From Perna viridis (taxonomy: Eukaryota): a stretch of DNA of 64,000 bases. The notes under the pieces were generated by a model. The model was not told the origin of the DNA and searched no databases. It saw nothing but the letters and a program-made list of their open reading frames with translations. The stretch spans positions 5,022,001-5,086,000 of the forward strand of contig CM074517.1 of the NCBI GenBank assembly GCA_037379345.1. Reading direction: 5' to 3'. This document shows positions 23,601 through 34,902 of this stretch, piece by piece. Position numbers and translations under genes: made by a program. The first letter of the stretch is position 1. The number at the start of each line of letters is the position of its first letter.

Positions 23601-26600
23601 GACAGTTGTGAGTATAGAAGTTTAAAGTTTTGAAAGAGGTTTGGTGCTACATTTTGCAGAACCAGCTATGAAACGTTGTTTGTATGGATTCTTGTGGAGT
23701 TTAGGAATCCAGTAAAGGATATCTTTTGAAGATATATGCTATCTTATAAACTTTATAAGATATCTTATATATGTTATAAGATATTTTATTGAAAAAAGAA
23801 GATATCTACTGAAAGAGTAGAGTATCAACAAAAGTCAAAATAGCGCTGCAAACAACGTTGGGGTTTTTAGGAATCGCCCTGTCAACTTACATTTCCTTCT
23901 AAACCGCTCAAAGGGTTACATATCTAAACTGCTTTGTTCTTTCATTTGCATTCTTTATGGGAATTTGTTATTACTTTTTTGCTTCAGAAAACCAGTTGGT
24001 TCAGAAACATGTGCTTTTCTAGAAATCGCTACCGTAGCGTCAGTACTTGCCTTTATTATAGGAATGGGATATTATTGCTATAAACAGAAGGTAAGTTTAT
24101 TGCGCTCTCATAAAAATGTACACTTTTATTTTGTTATATATGTTTATTCTCTTCCTTTATGAAGCTATATTCACATTATTTCTCAAACTTTAAAAATAGA
24201 CAAAAAAGCAAGCAAAAGCAAACAAAAACATTACAAAACAAGAAATACGAAAACAAATCACATTTCGTTTCTTAAATTACATGTTTGTATCACCCTTGAA
24301 ATATACTATTAAAGTTTGAAATACTAGAACATGAATTCAGTTTTGCAAATAATGTTACTCAATTTCAACTGTTAATACATTGTCTATTGTTTACAGTTTG
24401 GAATGTCTGTTCAGAATGATTTATATGCTAATTATACTCACTGGACCATATCCAAGCCTCTCAACTACACCAAGGAGACAGGGACACTGAGTCCTGTATC
24501 TGATGACGAATTACCATCAGGTACTTTTGTTATAGTCTTTAGTGCTCAGTAATCCTTGCCAGAATAAATATATATACAGTATGTATATCCTATAGCCATC
24601 AAGTAGAATAATGACCATATTTGTCACAGACGAGTGGTCACTATCCTTGTGGGAAAGAAGTCCGATAATCCAAGCTGGAAAAATCTGTGAAATCCTTGCA
24701 CTTAGGTCTTGACACATGTGAGGCTCCAACCAAAAGGGATTCCAATGACAGGGCCTCAATGACCACTTGAAGTCCTTAAAATTTATATTCCTATTCTAAT
24801 CATATTTCTATAACATACAGTATATGTTACACAAATTGTTGGTTTTATCAGTGATTTTAGTATTTTTCCATTTTCAGATTTTGAGTGCTCTATATGTAGT
24901 GAAGGCAAGGAACAGATGCTGGTAGTTCAGTTAAATTGCTTGCATTGTAAGTTTCACAATTAAAAGCGTTTCATTAATTGTTAATTGAATTCAACCAATA
25001 TTTTGTTTCAATAGTATGCAAGAAAATTTGTCGTCGTTTTTGTTAAAAAAAACTTAACAAACAACGAAAGAACGCCAGGAAGATCCCTGTAATATAGCAA
25101 TTGCTAATATCGTAAAATTTAAATGCTGTGTACATTCGACAGATTTCCATAAAACATGTATACAGCAATGGTTTAGATCTGACCATCAAAAACGTTGTCC
25201 ACTATGTCGGACTCGACAGAGCAGAAGAGAAAGACTTGTCGTATTAACCATAGTACCTCCTATACTACCAGTCACACAATTAGAGGTGAGTTCGAATAGT
25301 CGTATTAACCATAGTACCTCCTACACTACCAGTCACATAATCAGAGGCGAGTTCGATTAGTCGTATTAACCATAGTACCTCCTACACTACCAGTCACACA
25401 ATTAGAGGTGAGAAAGATTAGTCGTATTAACCATAGTACCTCCTACACTACCAGTCACATAATCAGAGGCGAGTTCGATTAGTCGTATTAACCATAGTAC
25501 CTCCTACACTACCAGTCACACAATTAGAGGTGAGAAAGATTAGTCGTATTAACCATAGTACCTCCTACACTACCAGTCACACAATCAGAGGTGAGAAAGA
25601 TTAGTCGTATTAACCATAGTACCTCCTACACTACCAGTCACACAATCAGAGGTGAGAAAGATTAGTCGTATTAACCATAGTACCTCCTACACTACCAGTC
25701 ACAATCAGAGGTGAGAAAGATTAGTCGTATTAACCATAGTACCTCCTACACTACCAGTCACATAATCAGAGGTGAGAAAGATTAGTCGTATTAACCATAG
25801 TACCTCCTACACTACCAGTCACACAATCAGAGGTGAGAAAGATTAGTCGTATTAACCATAGTACCTCCTACACTACCAGTCACACAATCAGAGGTGAGAA
25901 AGATTAGTCGTATTAACCATAGTACCTCCTACACTACCAGTCATACAATTAGAGGTGAGAAAGATTAGTCGTATTAACCATAGTACCTCCTACACTACCA
26001 GTCACAATCAGAGGTGAGAAAGATTAGTCGTATTAACCATAGTACCTCCTACACTACCAGTCACATAATCAAAGGTGAGAAAGATTAGTCGTATTAACCA
26101 TAGTACCTCCTACACTACCAGTCACACAATCAGAGGTGAGGTCGAATAGTCGTATTAACCATAGTTACCTACTACACTACCAGTCACACAATCAGAGGTG
26201 AGAAAGATTAGTCGTATTAACCATAGTACCTCCTATGCTACCAGTCACAATCAGAGGTGAGAAAGATTAGTCGTATTAACTATAGTACCTCCTACACTAC
26301 CAGTCACACAATCAGAGGTGGGGTCGATTGGGTTTCCAAAAACTGCCAGTGCCAGTAATATTCTAAGTACTGTTCGCTGTACACAAATAGATACAATATT
26401 ATGAAATTAGCAAACCATCACACAAACTCACTAGCTATTCGAAATTTAGCTGTTTGTTTTTGTTTTGTTGTTATGTTGTTGTTTCAATTTTTTGTTTTTG
26501 TAAACCACACAAGGGTAAAGAAAGAGCTTAAATCGGAAAAAAATATAGAAAATAAAAACAGACAGCATTGTCTGTGTAGTATAATTGCTGTCTTTTGGTT

Positions 26601-26854
26601 GCTCTATACGGGAGTAACTGTCATTTTCGATTTATTACCACTAATTCCTATTACTTTTCAGTCGGGAATAGATACGTATACCTTGGCTGTTTAAAACACA
26701 TGTACATGACTGTCTGAAATGAAAATTAATTGTTCTTTGAATTACCAGTATCTCCATCAGCTTGTAAAGCAAGGGGTAGAAAAATGTTACATTTAAATTA
26801 ACGACAATGGTATATCATGTGCGTAATATTTTCTTCTATGATTTCTAGGTATGA
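20615..26854 (+). CDS. Two-transmembrane RING-H2 E3 ubiquitin-ligase-like protein (~181 aa, 6 coding exons)
   Basis: Exons 20615-20715, 23988-24090, 24397-24520, 24878-24946, 25143-25285 and 26849-26854 are all GT-AG and phase-consistent. Protein: MALTEERAACLFWAGTICAFLFTILYSSFCILKIKPVGSETCAFLEIATVASVLAFIIGMGYYCYKQK...DFECSICSEGKEQMLVVQLNCLHYFHKTCIQQWFRSDHQKRCPLCRTRQSRRERLVVLTIVPPILPVTQLEV*. Complete C3H2C3 motif with the conserved W. The last exon and the start codon are less certain. Confidence 0.82.
20951..21244. repeat. 42-bp minisatellite, 7 copies (intron 1 of the RING gene)
   Basis: Unit GAGAACAGATCGATTACCGAGCATTGTACATTGGTCGTGATT. Because 42 is divisible by 3, it yields spurious 14-aa-repeat ORFs. 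Confidence 0.95.
21590..23810. repeat. ATAAGATATCTT-rich repetitive element interrupted by the Penelope-like insertion
   Basis: Many ATAAGATAT(CTT) motifs at 21590-21820, 22155-22300 and 23718-23810, on both sides of the RT fragment. Confidence 0.45.
22310..23717 (-). mobile_element. 5'-truncated, degenerate Penelope-like element (RT core, thumb and 3' region)
   Basis: Motifs LYWIPKLHK, MWILKNS, TYDFTTLYTSIPH, GIPMGTNCAPLLADLFL, RYIDN (catalytic DD lost), YLDL and LYDKRDDF. One stop and one frameshift near 23270-23310. No C-terminal GIY-YIG. Confidence 0.85.
25227..26325 (+). repeat. 59-62 bp tandem array, 18 copies, derived from the 3' end and splice donor of RING-gene exon 5
   Basis: GTCGTATTAAC recurs at 25238, 25299, 25360, 25421 ... 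26211 and 26270. Copy 1 is coding; almost every unit ends in GAG|G(T/C)GAG. Confidence 0.93.
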
Positions 26855-27622
26855 CCATAGTATCAAGTCATGGCGTCCGAATAACACTAATTATCTTTGA
26901 TGTTGCTTTGTTCATCTTTGATGACATGTGATTGACACCAATTATCTTTTCATCTTTGATGACGTGTGAGTGACAGTCCGCAATGGTAGCGTAATTGGCA
27001 ACCTCAGAACAAACATGATATTTCAGAGTGGTGCTAAAAGTGTAGAAATTTGCATCGTGATCTATTAAAATGATTTATGTATATATTCGCATTTTTGTAA
27101 AATACTATTTTTTTTTATTTATAAAAAAAAGAAGATATTATAATTCTGTCTATAGTTGTTTAATTCAGTTTGCTTCAAGTTATTTTTATTCTTAATACTT
27201 TATCAGAAAATGTATATATATCAAGATAAAATTCATTGATACAAGTTACACAAGTAGAGATTATATGTTTAGTATAAATTAATTCCTTAAAGCTTCCAGT
27301 AATCAAACATGGGGAGCTGATTACAGTAATCAAACATGGGGAGCTGATTACTTAATTGTATGAGAAAGTAAGTCGTTTCTATTTCGAATTGTGAATTTTC
27401 CATCTTGTCACAGTGTTTTTTTTTCTCTTTTCTTTTTTTTTTAGCTGATGGAATATATATGTTGATGTTGTACGTAATTCGCGGGTTTGGTCAATTTAAA
27501 CTTAAGGATCAAAGCCAAAGTCTATACGATACTACGCTGTACTAGAAAATCTCTGTTAGGAGAATTATTTTAAGTTTTCAACTGATTTTTTTTCCGTATA
27601 TCACCGATATTGGTCAATCTTT

Positions 27623-28709
27623 GTCATATCGGTACAGCTGGACCAATGTACCTAGGTTATGAAGTCCCAGTTTCTCAGAGGGTGGTTGTCATATCGGTAC
27701 AGCTGGACCAATGTACCTAGGTTATGAAGTCCCAGTTTCTCAGAGGGTGGTTGTCATATCGGTACAGCTGGACCAATGTACCTAGGTTATGAAGTCCCAG
27801 TTTCTCAGAGGGTGGTTGTCATATCGGTACAGCTGGACCAATGTACCTAGGTTATGAAGTCCCAGTTTCTCAGAGGGTGGTTGTCATATCGGTACAGCTG
27901 GACCAATGTACCTAGGTTATGAAGTCCCAGTTTCTCAGAGGGTGGTTGTCATATCGGTACAGCTGGACCAATGTACCTAGGTTATGAAGTCCCAGTTTCT
28001 CAGAGGGTGGTTGTCATATCGGTACAGCTGGACCCATGTACCTAGGTTATGAAGTCCCAGTTTCTCAGAGGGTGGTTGTCATATCGGTACAGCTGGACCA
28101 ATGTACCTAGGTTATGAAGTCCCAGTTTCTCAGAGGGTGGTTGTCATATCGGTACAGCTGGACCAATGTACCTAGGTTATGAAGTCCCAGTTTCTCAGAG
28201 GGTGGTTGTCATATCGGTACAGCTGGACCAATGTACCTAGGTTATGAAGTCCCAGTTTCTCAGAGGGTGGTTGTCATATCGGTACAGCTGGACCAATGTA
28301 CCTAGGTTATGAAGTCCCAGTTTCTCAGAGGGTGGTTGTCATATCGGTACAGCTGGACCAATGTACCTAGGTTATGAAGTCCCAGTTTCTCAGAGGGTGG
28401 TTGTCATATCGGTACAGCTGGACCCATGTACCTAGGTTATGAAGTCCCAGTTTCTCAGAGGGTGGTTGTCATATCGGTACAGCTGGACCAATGTACCTAG
28501 GTTATGAAGTCCCAGTTTCTCAGAGGGTGGTTGTCATATCGGTACAGCTGGACCAATGTACCTAGGTTATGAAGTCCCAGTTTCTCAGAGGGTGGTTGTC
28601 ATATCGGTACAGCTGGACCAATGTACCTAGGTTATGAAGTCCCAGTTTCTCAGAGGGTGGTTGTCATATCGGTACAGCTGGACCAATGTACCTAGGTTAT
28701 GGAGTCCCA
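27623..28709. repeat. 65-bp near-perfect tandem array, 16 full copies plus 1 partial
   Basis: Unit GTCATATCGGTACAGCTGGACCAATGTACCTAGGTTATGAAGTCCCAGTTTCTCAGAGGGTGGTT; starts at 27623+65n up to 28663. Confidence 0.97.
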
Positions 28710-29529
28710 ATTTCAGATTGTGGTTTTATCTACGTTCTCTCTTATTTTTGTTGTCCTCTTGTTTTGACATTAACCAGTTGGTGCGTTCACAATTCTACAA
28801 ATTGATATCGATGTGTATCAATGGTACCTTTAAACTGTGAGCAGTATTTTGGTACCATTGGTAAGATATTTAACCATTTAATTTTAAAATAGCTAGTATG
28901 ATTACATACTCTTAAAAAGACAGGAAAATTGTTCCCGTATTAAATTGTACTAAATAGTTCCTTGAATATTCAACCTGACAGGAATAATGTTACCATCGAT
29001 ATCTTGTACGGAACTAGTGGCTGCCAAAATAATAATAATAATAATAATAATAATAACCATAATTGATAAACAAAGGTATCAATGATTTTTTTTTACCCAC
29101 AGTAATTGTTGGTTCAACTGTGAACGTACCTTATAACAATCAGTTTATAAATACTGTTTTGTCGTTTGCTTTTTTTTCATTTTAGTTAAAAAAGACTTAT
29201 AATTCTAGTACTTCATTATAGCAGGGTTGGGGAAATAAAACCAAAGAATCAAACAGCAAGAAGTAGTTAGAAAAGCTCTGCAGTAGTACTCTAACCAACA
29301 CAACTGAATGGTAAATAAACACTTGGTATTTCCAAGACGTCATCCAATGAGGTCTTATACCCAGTTATCAACAGAAAAATAAATCATCTCAGTAATAATC
29401 AATACTTCCTGTAACCAGTCTACGTCGACGCATGTGACTTTTTGATATACCTATAGGCGGTTAATGACTTTCACGTAATAAATACATGTAAAAATCATTT
29501 TTGTCGTACAAAACTACGTTAACAAAAGT

Positions 29530-29688
29530 CGAAGGTTTCCGATTACTTCGAGCAAGGACATATCATATGGTTGATGCGCTATTCTGTAAACGTAAGTACA
29601 TGTAATACTTCACTAGGTATTACTTACGTTTGCAGAAAATCTTAACACCATATGATATGTAATTGCTCGAAGTAATCGGAAACCTTCG
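29530..29688. repeat. 159-bp inverted repeat / hairpin (MITE-like)
   Basis: 26-bp perfect outer stem (29530-29555 / 29663-29688), plus 14-bp and ~17-bp inner stems. Confidence 0.8.
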
Positions 29689-29770
29689 CCTGCGAGACCC
29701 GCGGTTACTATATCGAATGAGAGACCTTCTGACAAAATCGTGATGAGAGAACTCATTTCTACATCCAAAG

Positions 29771-30165
29771 GATTCTGTAAACTAATTTGCATACAAAATT
29801 GACTTTTGTGACACAAAAGTGAATTTTGTGTTAAATTGCATACAAAAGTTATTTTATTATGACAAAATTCAATTTTGTGACAAAATTTAATTTTGTCACA
29901 ATATTTCTCAGTTTTGTATGCAAATTAGTTCACAGAATCAATTGAATTACAATATTCAAATTAGGTAACAAAGTTAAGTCTGATACAAAAATGAAATTTG
30001 TAATAACAAAAGTAACTTTTGTTCTCTGAAAGATTATTTTATATGACAAAATTTAAATTTGTAGTATGTTATAAATTTTGTTTTTGTTGAACAAAACTTA
30101 CTTTTGTCTGTACAGAATTGAATTTTGAGTATAAAACCACAAGAATTCCATTCGGCGCCCCGTAA
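29771..30165. repeat. Repetitive element with internal CAAAA-N-TTTTG short inverted modules, ending GGCGCCCCGTA
   Basis: Many ACAAAA...TTTTGT mini-palindromes in tandem; family not assignable by eye. Confidence 0.45.
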
Positions 30166-30166
30166 G

Positions 30167-33080
30167 CATTCAAATTCAGTTAAAGTGCGCCAATAGGGAC
30201 GGAAAAACAGCCAGATATTTTGAACACTGAAAACAATTCAAATGATTTAATTAAAAAAAAAAACCAAAGTTTGAATAGCAAGAAAACGCATGAGATAGCT
30301 CTTGATAAGTTGATTAATGTCCTGTACGAAATTTTGAACATGTCCAGTGTATTTTGGTAGTGAATTACGTTACTTCTGGACACCCATGTTGAATAATAAT
30401 AGTTTCATCATACAATTATTCAAAACTGCGCTTCAAATGATATCATTCGATAGAAAAATGCACACAACACAAAGCAAATATTTTGTTCAGAAATTGTTAT
30501 ATTTTTTAAAGATGCTCTATATTTTATAACATCTAGTAAAAAAATAATAAAACAAAATGAAATTGAAAACAAGTTTCCTTTTTATTCTTTGGAAACATAA
30601 TTAGCAAAAGATGAAGGCCAATTTAGCAACCTATTTCCATTCATACATCTTTTAGGTGATATATAGAAAACAATTGTGGATTTAAATCCAATTTGAATGT
30701 TTATAATTAGCTTAACGTGAATGGCCGACTTTGTAACGTAATTCACTTATAACAGTGTAATATATAATCAATGGCTTTCTCATGCTTAAATTGGAACACA
30801 TAACAGAATTGGAAGGTTAAACACAAAAAACAACAAATTGCAATATTTTGGCGATTGATATTAAAAAAAATCATACATGTATCTGTTAAGTTTGTCACTT
30901 TTATATACGCCACATGAAGAAACATAGAAGTCTTTAGTGGCATGTAAGGAAATGATAATGGTACTATTGGTTCGATAAATTTTTTAACATATTATAACAA
31001 ATATTTCTGGAATACTTTCAAAGCATAAAATGTTTGATCAACGAGTAGTCTTCTAGCAGAATAATTACAATGTTAAAATTAAAATGTAACGTAATTCACA
31101 GAAACAACTTTTCGCTGTTATTGTAACGTCACTTGAAAGAGTGATCAAGCTAGGGAACCAAGATTCTAGCGGAAATCAGAAGAATGTAATCCAGGGACAA
31201 AGACCAGACACGGAAAACATTCAAACACAACAAAGAACATAAAGTAACTAAGATAATACATACAAAGTAACAAAAGTAAATGAGCAACTCGGACTCCACT
31301 AAAAACTGGGAGCATGGACCAGGTGTACCGGTTGGGTAATCGTCCTCTGCTATTCTAGAAACACCCACCGAGCTGCTCATAAAATGTAAGTCCAGGGTAG
31401 ACGAAAGAGGAAGGAAAACCATGATACGTTGAACCCCCAGACCCCTTGCCGTAATTTTGCCTACACTTCAATTTGGCCTCAGCTACGCGTCTGTTTGTCA
31501 TAAAGTTTGGTCAATAGTTTTCATTTACCATCGATCTCTACATGTAGGTCAAGATGTGCGGCTGACTTTACAGTGTTTGTGGTATCCTTTATCTCAAGTT
31601 CTTTGGGGTAGATGCGATGTATCAAATCCCGAGAATAGGATTGTTTAAAGATAATACGTCATCTATACAGCTGAGAAATTGAAATTAATCGTTGCTTAAC
31701 GGTGCATTATCATATATTTTATCGTAGTGATGCTTGATTTCAATATATATTCCTTGTTTTCAAGTGATCTGAATAAACAAAAACAAAAAATAATTTATAA
31801 TCTATATCAGTTCACGAAGAAGCTTACATATCGTTTTTGTGCTTACTTAAATTTTTGCAATGATTAAATTGTTTTTGACTGGCTTTTGCATTTTGAAAGG
31901 TATTTCTAATGTTTCTCACGACAAGTTGTCATGTGAAACCATTTTCTGTAATCAAAATACACAGTTTATGAATAGGTGAATTACGTTACACCGTAATATA
32001 TACCACTGCTTGATTTACAATGTATATATCATACATAGCAATATCGTATTGTCATAACATCTTACCAATACATATATTCTCCGTTTCTAAGTTAAATTAA
32101 ACTGAAAATTAATAATATCTAAATAGTTGCACTGAACAGAAATTAAGGACACCTACGACTAGAGGGAATGTTTACATCAGGAACGCCTTTACAATTGTTC
32201 CCGCGTCACAACTTCCTTTCTAAAGATGCCCGTATGATAGGCGATGTCACTGATAATGATTTATAGTTAATTTGTTCACAGAACAGTGTTTTTATCCGTT
32301 TAAAAAGAAATTACCGTAACGTAATTCACTGTAACGTAATTCATGAACTTGTACTTTACCAAGGATGTGAAAAAAAATATGTAGCACCTGAAAAATCTGT
32401 TTAAGGGTCATTTATAACTGACATTGGTGTGTGTACAATTAAGAATATGGAAAGTTTGCTACTATCATTAACAGATGCAAGCGACACCGTAACGTAATTC
32501 ACAATTAAATGCACATTTGGAAAAAAGATAAAAATCATGTATTTTTAAATAAAAACATTATCCTTTACGTGTGAATCATTCATTTTCTTATTGTTTATTA
32601 TTTTATATATTTTTCCTCACATAGACTTACCATATGTGTCAGTTACATTTTCATTACAGCTGCAGGAAAATTGTAACGTAATTCACTGTGTTTCATTAGA
32701 CGTCTGTATTTTGTGGGGGAAAAAGTTAAATCGTTTTCGATGTAAAAATAACTGTTAAAATTGTGTTGTCTGGCCATTTTTTTCTACTAGAAAACTTACT
32801 GGGCGTTCTTCATTTGGAGTATTTTATATTTTTGTATGCATTTTTAGGGGAACCCTAATTTGTGACATAGGGTTTTTGTCGATTGAGTCTTAGATGTTTT
32901 ATAGTTTTTTTGTTCAGTGAACCCGATCAATGCCCCGGCCGTAAACTATGTTTTTACAATCTGGCATAACCCTGAGAGTAAATTTATTCCAAAACTATAT
33001 CAGGAAATAGCTTTTTTGTGTTTGAAAATAGCTTGTGACTACAAAAATTGGCTTTGGCGCACTTTAACTGAATTTGAGTG
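30167..33080. mobile_element. Non-autonomous DNA transposon with 27-bp TIRs and 3-bp TSD (CMC/CACTA-Chapaev-like)
   Basis: Left TIR CATTCAAATTCAGTTAAAGTGCGCCAA; right TIR reverse complement CACTCAAATTCAGTTAAAGTGCGCCAA. AAG flanks both ends. Eight internal copies of GTAACGTAATTCAC. No transposase ORF. Confidence 0.78.
31140..31670 (-). mobile_element. Second, internally deleted Penelope-like fragment nested in the TIR element
   Basis: 31140-31430 matches 22314-22600 (CCAGGGACAAAGACCAGACACGG, GAGCAACTCGGACTCCACTAAAAACTGGGAGCATGGACCAGG). 31500-31670 matches 22890-23065 and retains IDD. Confidence 0.8.
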
Positions 33081-34902
33081 AAGACGACAACCGACAGACT
33101 TTATATAGACCGACGGGTGTATCGAAATTACTTAAAAAATTAACGAATGACAAGGATAATACTAACAGGATAATTAATTGGAAAGAGTGAGAAGAATGCC
33201 TAGATTTAAGGAGTGCGCGGAACTTTTTCCGCGCACGAGTTAAATCACCAAGCGTTCTTGGCACGATTGATCATATTTTGGTTATTCACGATAGCCAATT
33301 GATTATCCTATTTATTATATAGATTTTCGTCATAATATGTCTATATTTTCAACATGAATTTTGAATTTTGTGATTGGCGGATTGATATCAAAGCTCTGAC
33401 GTTTTTGCGCGAGAAAGTTCGAGAGTGAATTTACCGAATTGATTTCACAGCGTGAATAATCGAAATTTATTACACTAGGAACATTCGGTAAAACACTGCT
33501 ATTTATAATAGGGTTTATTTATAGCAAATAATATGGCCTGCTGTACAAGACTCTGTCGTATTTTTAATATTATAGTAAACTGACGTTCGTCAGTCAGGGT
33601 TACACAAACAATATGTACTGACTGAATGGAACATTTGGTAGGTATAATTTTAAGTATGGTTCTGTCTAAAAACCAACCAGGGAGTGATCATCACATCTCA
33701 AGATAATTAATAAAACTGATCAAATACATTTAGATCTTTAAAAATTAACTCTTCGAATTCTTTGATTATTTCTTGGATCTAAGTACTATCATCATTTGCA
33801 ATTTTATTTTCAAATGCTATTTCTGGGAGGCCTACTAAAGGATTTCCAATAAAAAATACTTGGGATTTGCTATATTTCTAACTCGAATAATTCAGCGCCC
33901 GTTACAGGTCAAAGTCCTCTCAATCGAAGATCGCCCGAATATCACGACTGATATTATTCGGGTTACTATACTTCGTGAAATAATTTTTGACTGGTTGCAG
34001 TGTATATATTCTGGCGGGAAAATTACCCGTACATTTAGTGTAGTAGAACTTATTATAACCAGATTGTAAGTGTTAATATTTCCACTTGGCAATTTTCCTT
34101 TGCACTTTTATTTTTGAATCAAGAAATGTTTGAGATTAAGAAATGCATGAATCATGAATCTCAAGCTTTTGTCTGGTTATAAGACAGAGCTGCACATTTA
34201 AGTTGTCAAAACGCACTTAATTTACTTTTATATCTTATTCAGAAATACTTACATACCGTAAACAAGTCTTAGTTTGTCATTCGGTTGTTGCACTTTTGAG
34301 ATAAAAACTATATAAATCATGTATGAAATTGCAAACAGGAGATAGGGGTCAGAAAAAATAATTACACAACGGTTTGGAACTGAAAAAAAAATCTGACATC
34401 CTTTATGAAAATTCTTGCTTTTCCACAGAAGAAAATGATGATAGGGTAAAAATAAAATCCATGGTGAAAAAATCCCCTCATGAAGTTAAATGGTTCTTCC
34501 AAAAACACATCTGCATGTTTTTGTTTTTTGTTGTTGTTTTTTTTGTGTTTGTTTGGTGTTTTTTTTTTTTACATTTCATATGTACAGGAGTAAGTCTCTT
34601 TTCTAGAATTACTCTTTTTTTCTTCATTAAAAAAAATCTTAACCCATTTCACTATGTTTTTTTTTCAATTATTGCCGTCATTATGCATTATTTTATAATC
34701 ATTGTTTGTATAGGAGACGGCTTCGATTATATTGATATTACTTTATTCAAAACGCCTTGAATGTACTCATAAGTAATTAGTTGCGTGTAAGCTAAACCCA
34801 TTTCTTTGTTGTAAATCTTTTCTTGTCGCTTCTTGACGTTACTTGTCGGCTCTTGTTACTAATTAGCGAGACCACTGCAGGATAATTTCCCTTTATTCCA
34901 TC

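Noticed and set aside
25298-26278. TAATACGACT (first 10 nt of the T7 promoter) on the - strand of the 61-bp units
   Set aside because: The remainder (CACTATAG) is absent and the sequence derives from RING exon codons; coincidence.
25227-28709. Regular arrays as CRISPR
   Set aside because: Head-to-tail repeats without unique spacers, no cas genes, spliceosomal eukaryotic context.
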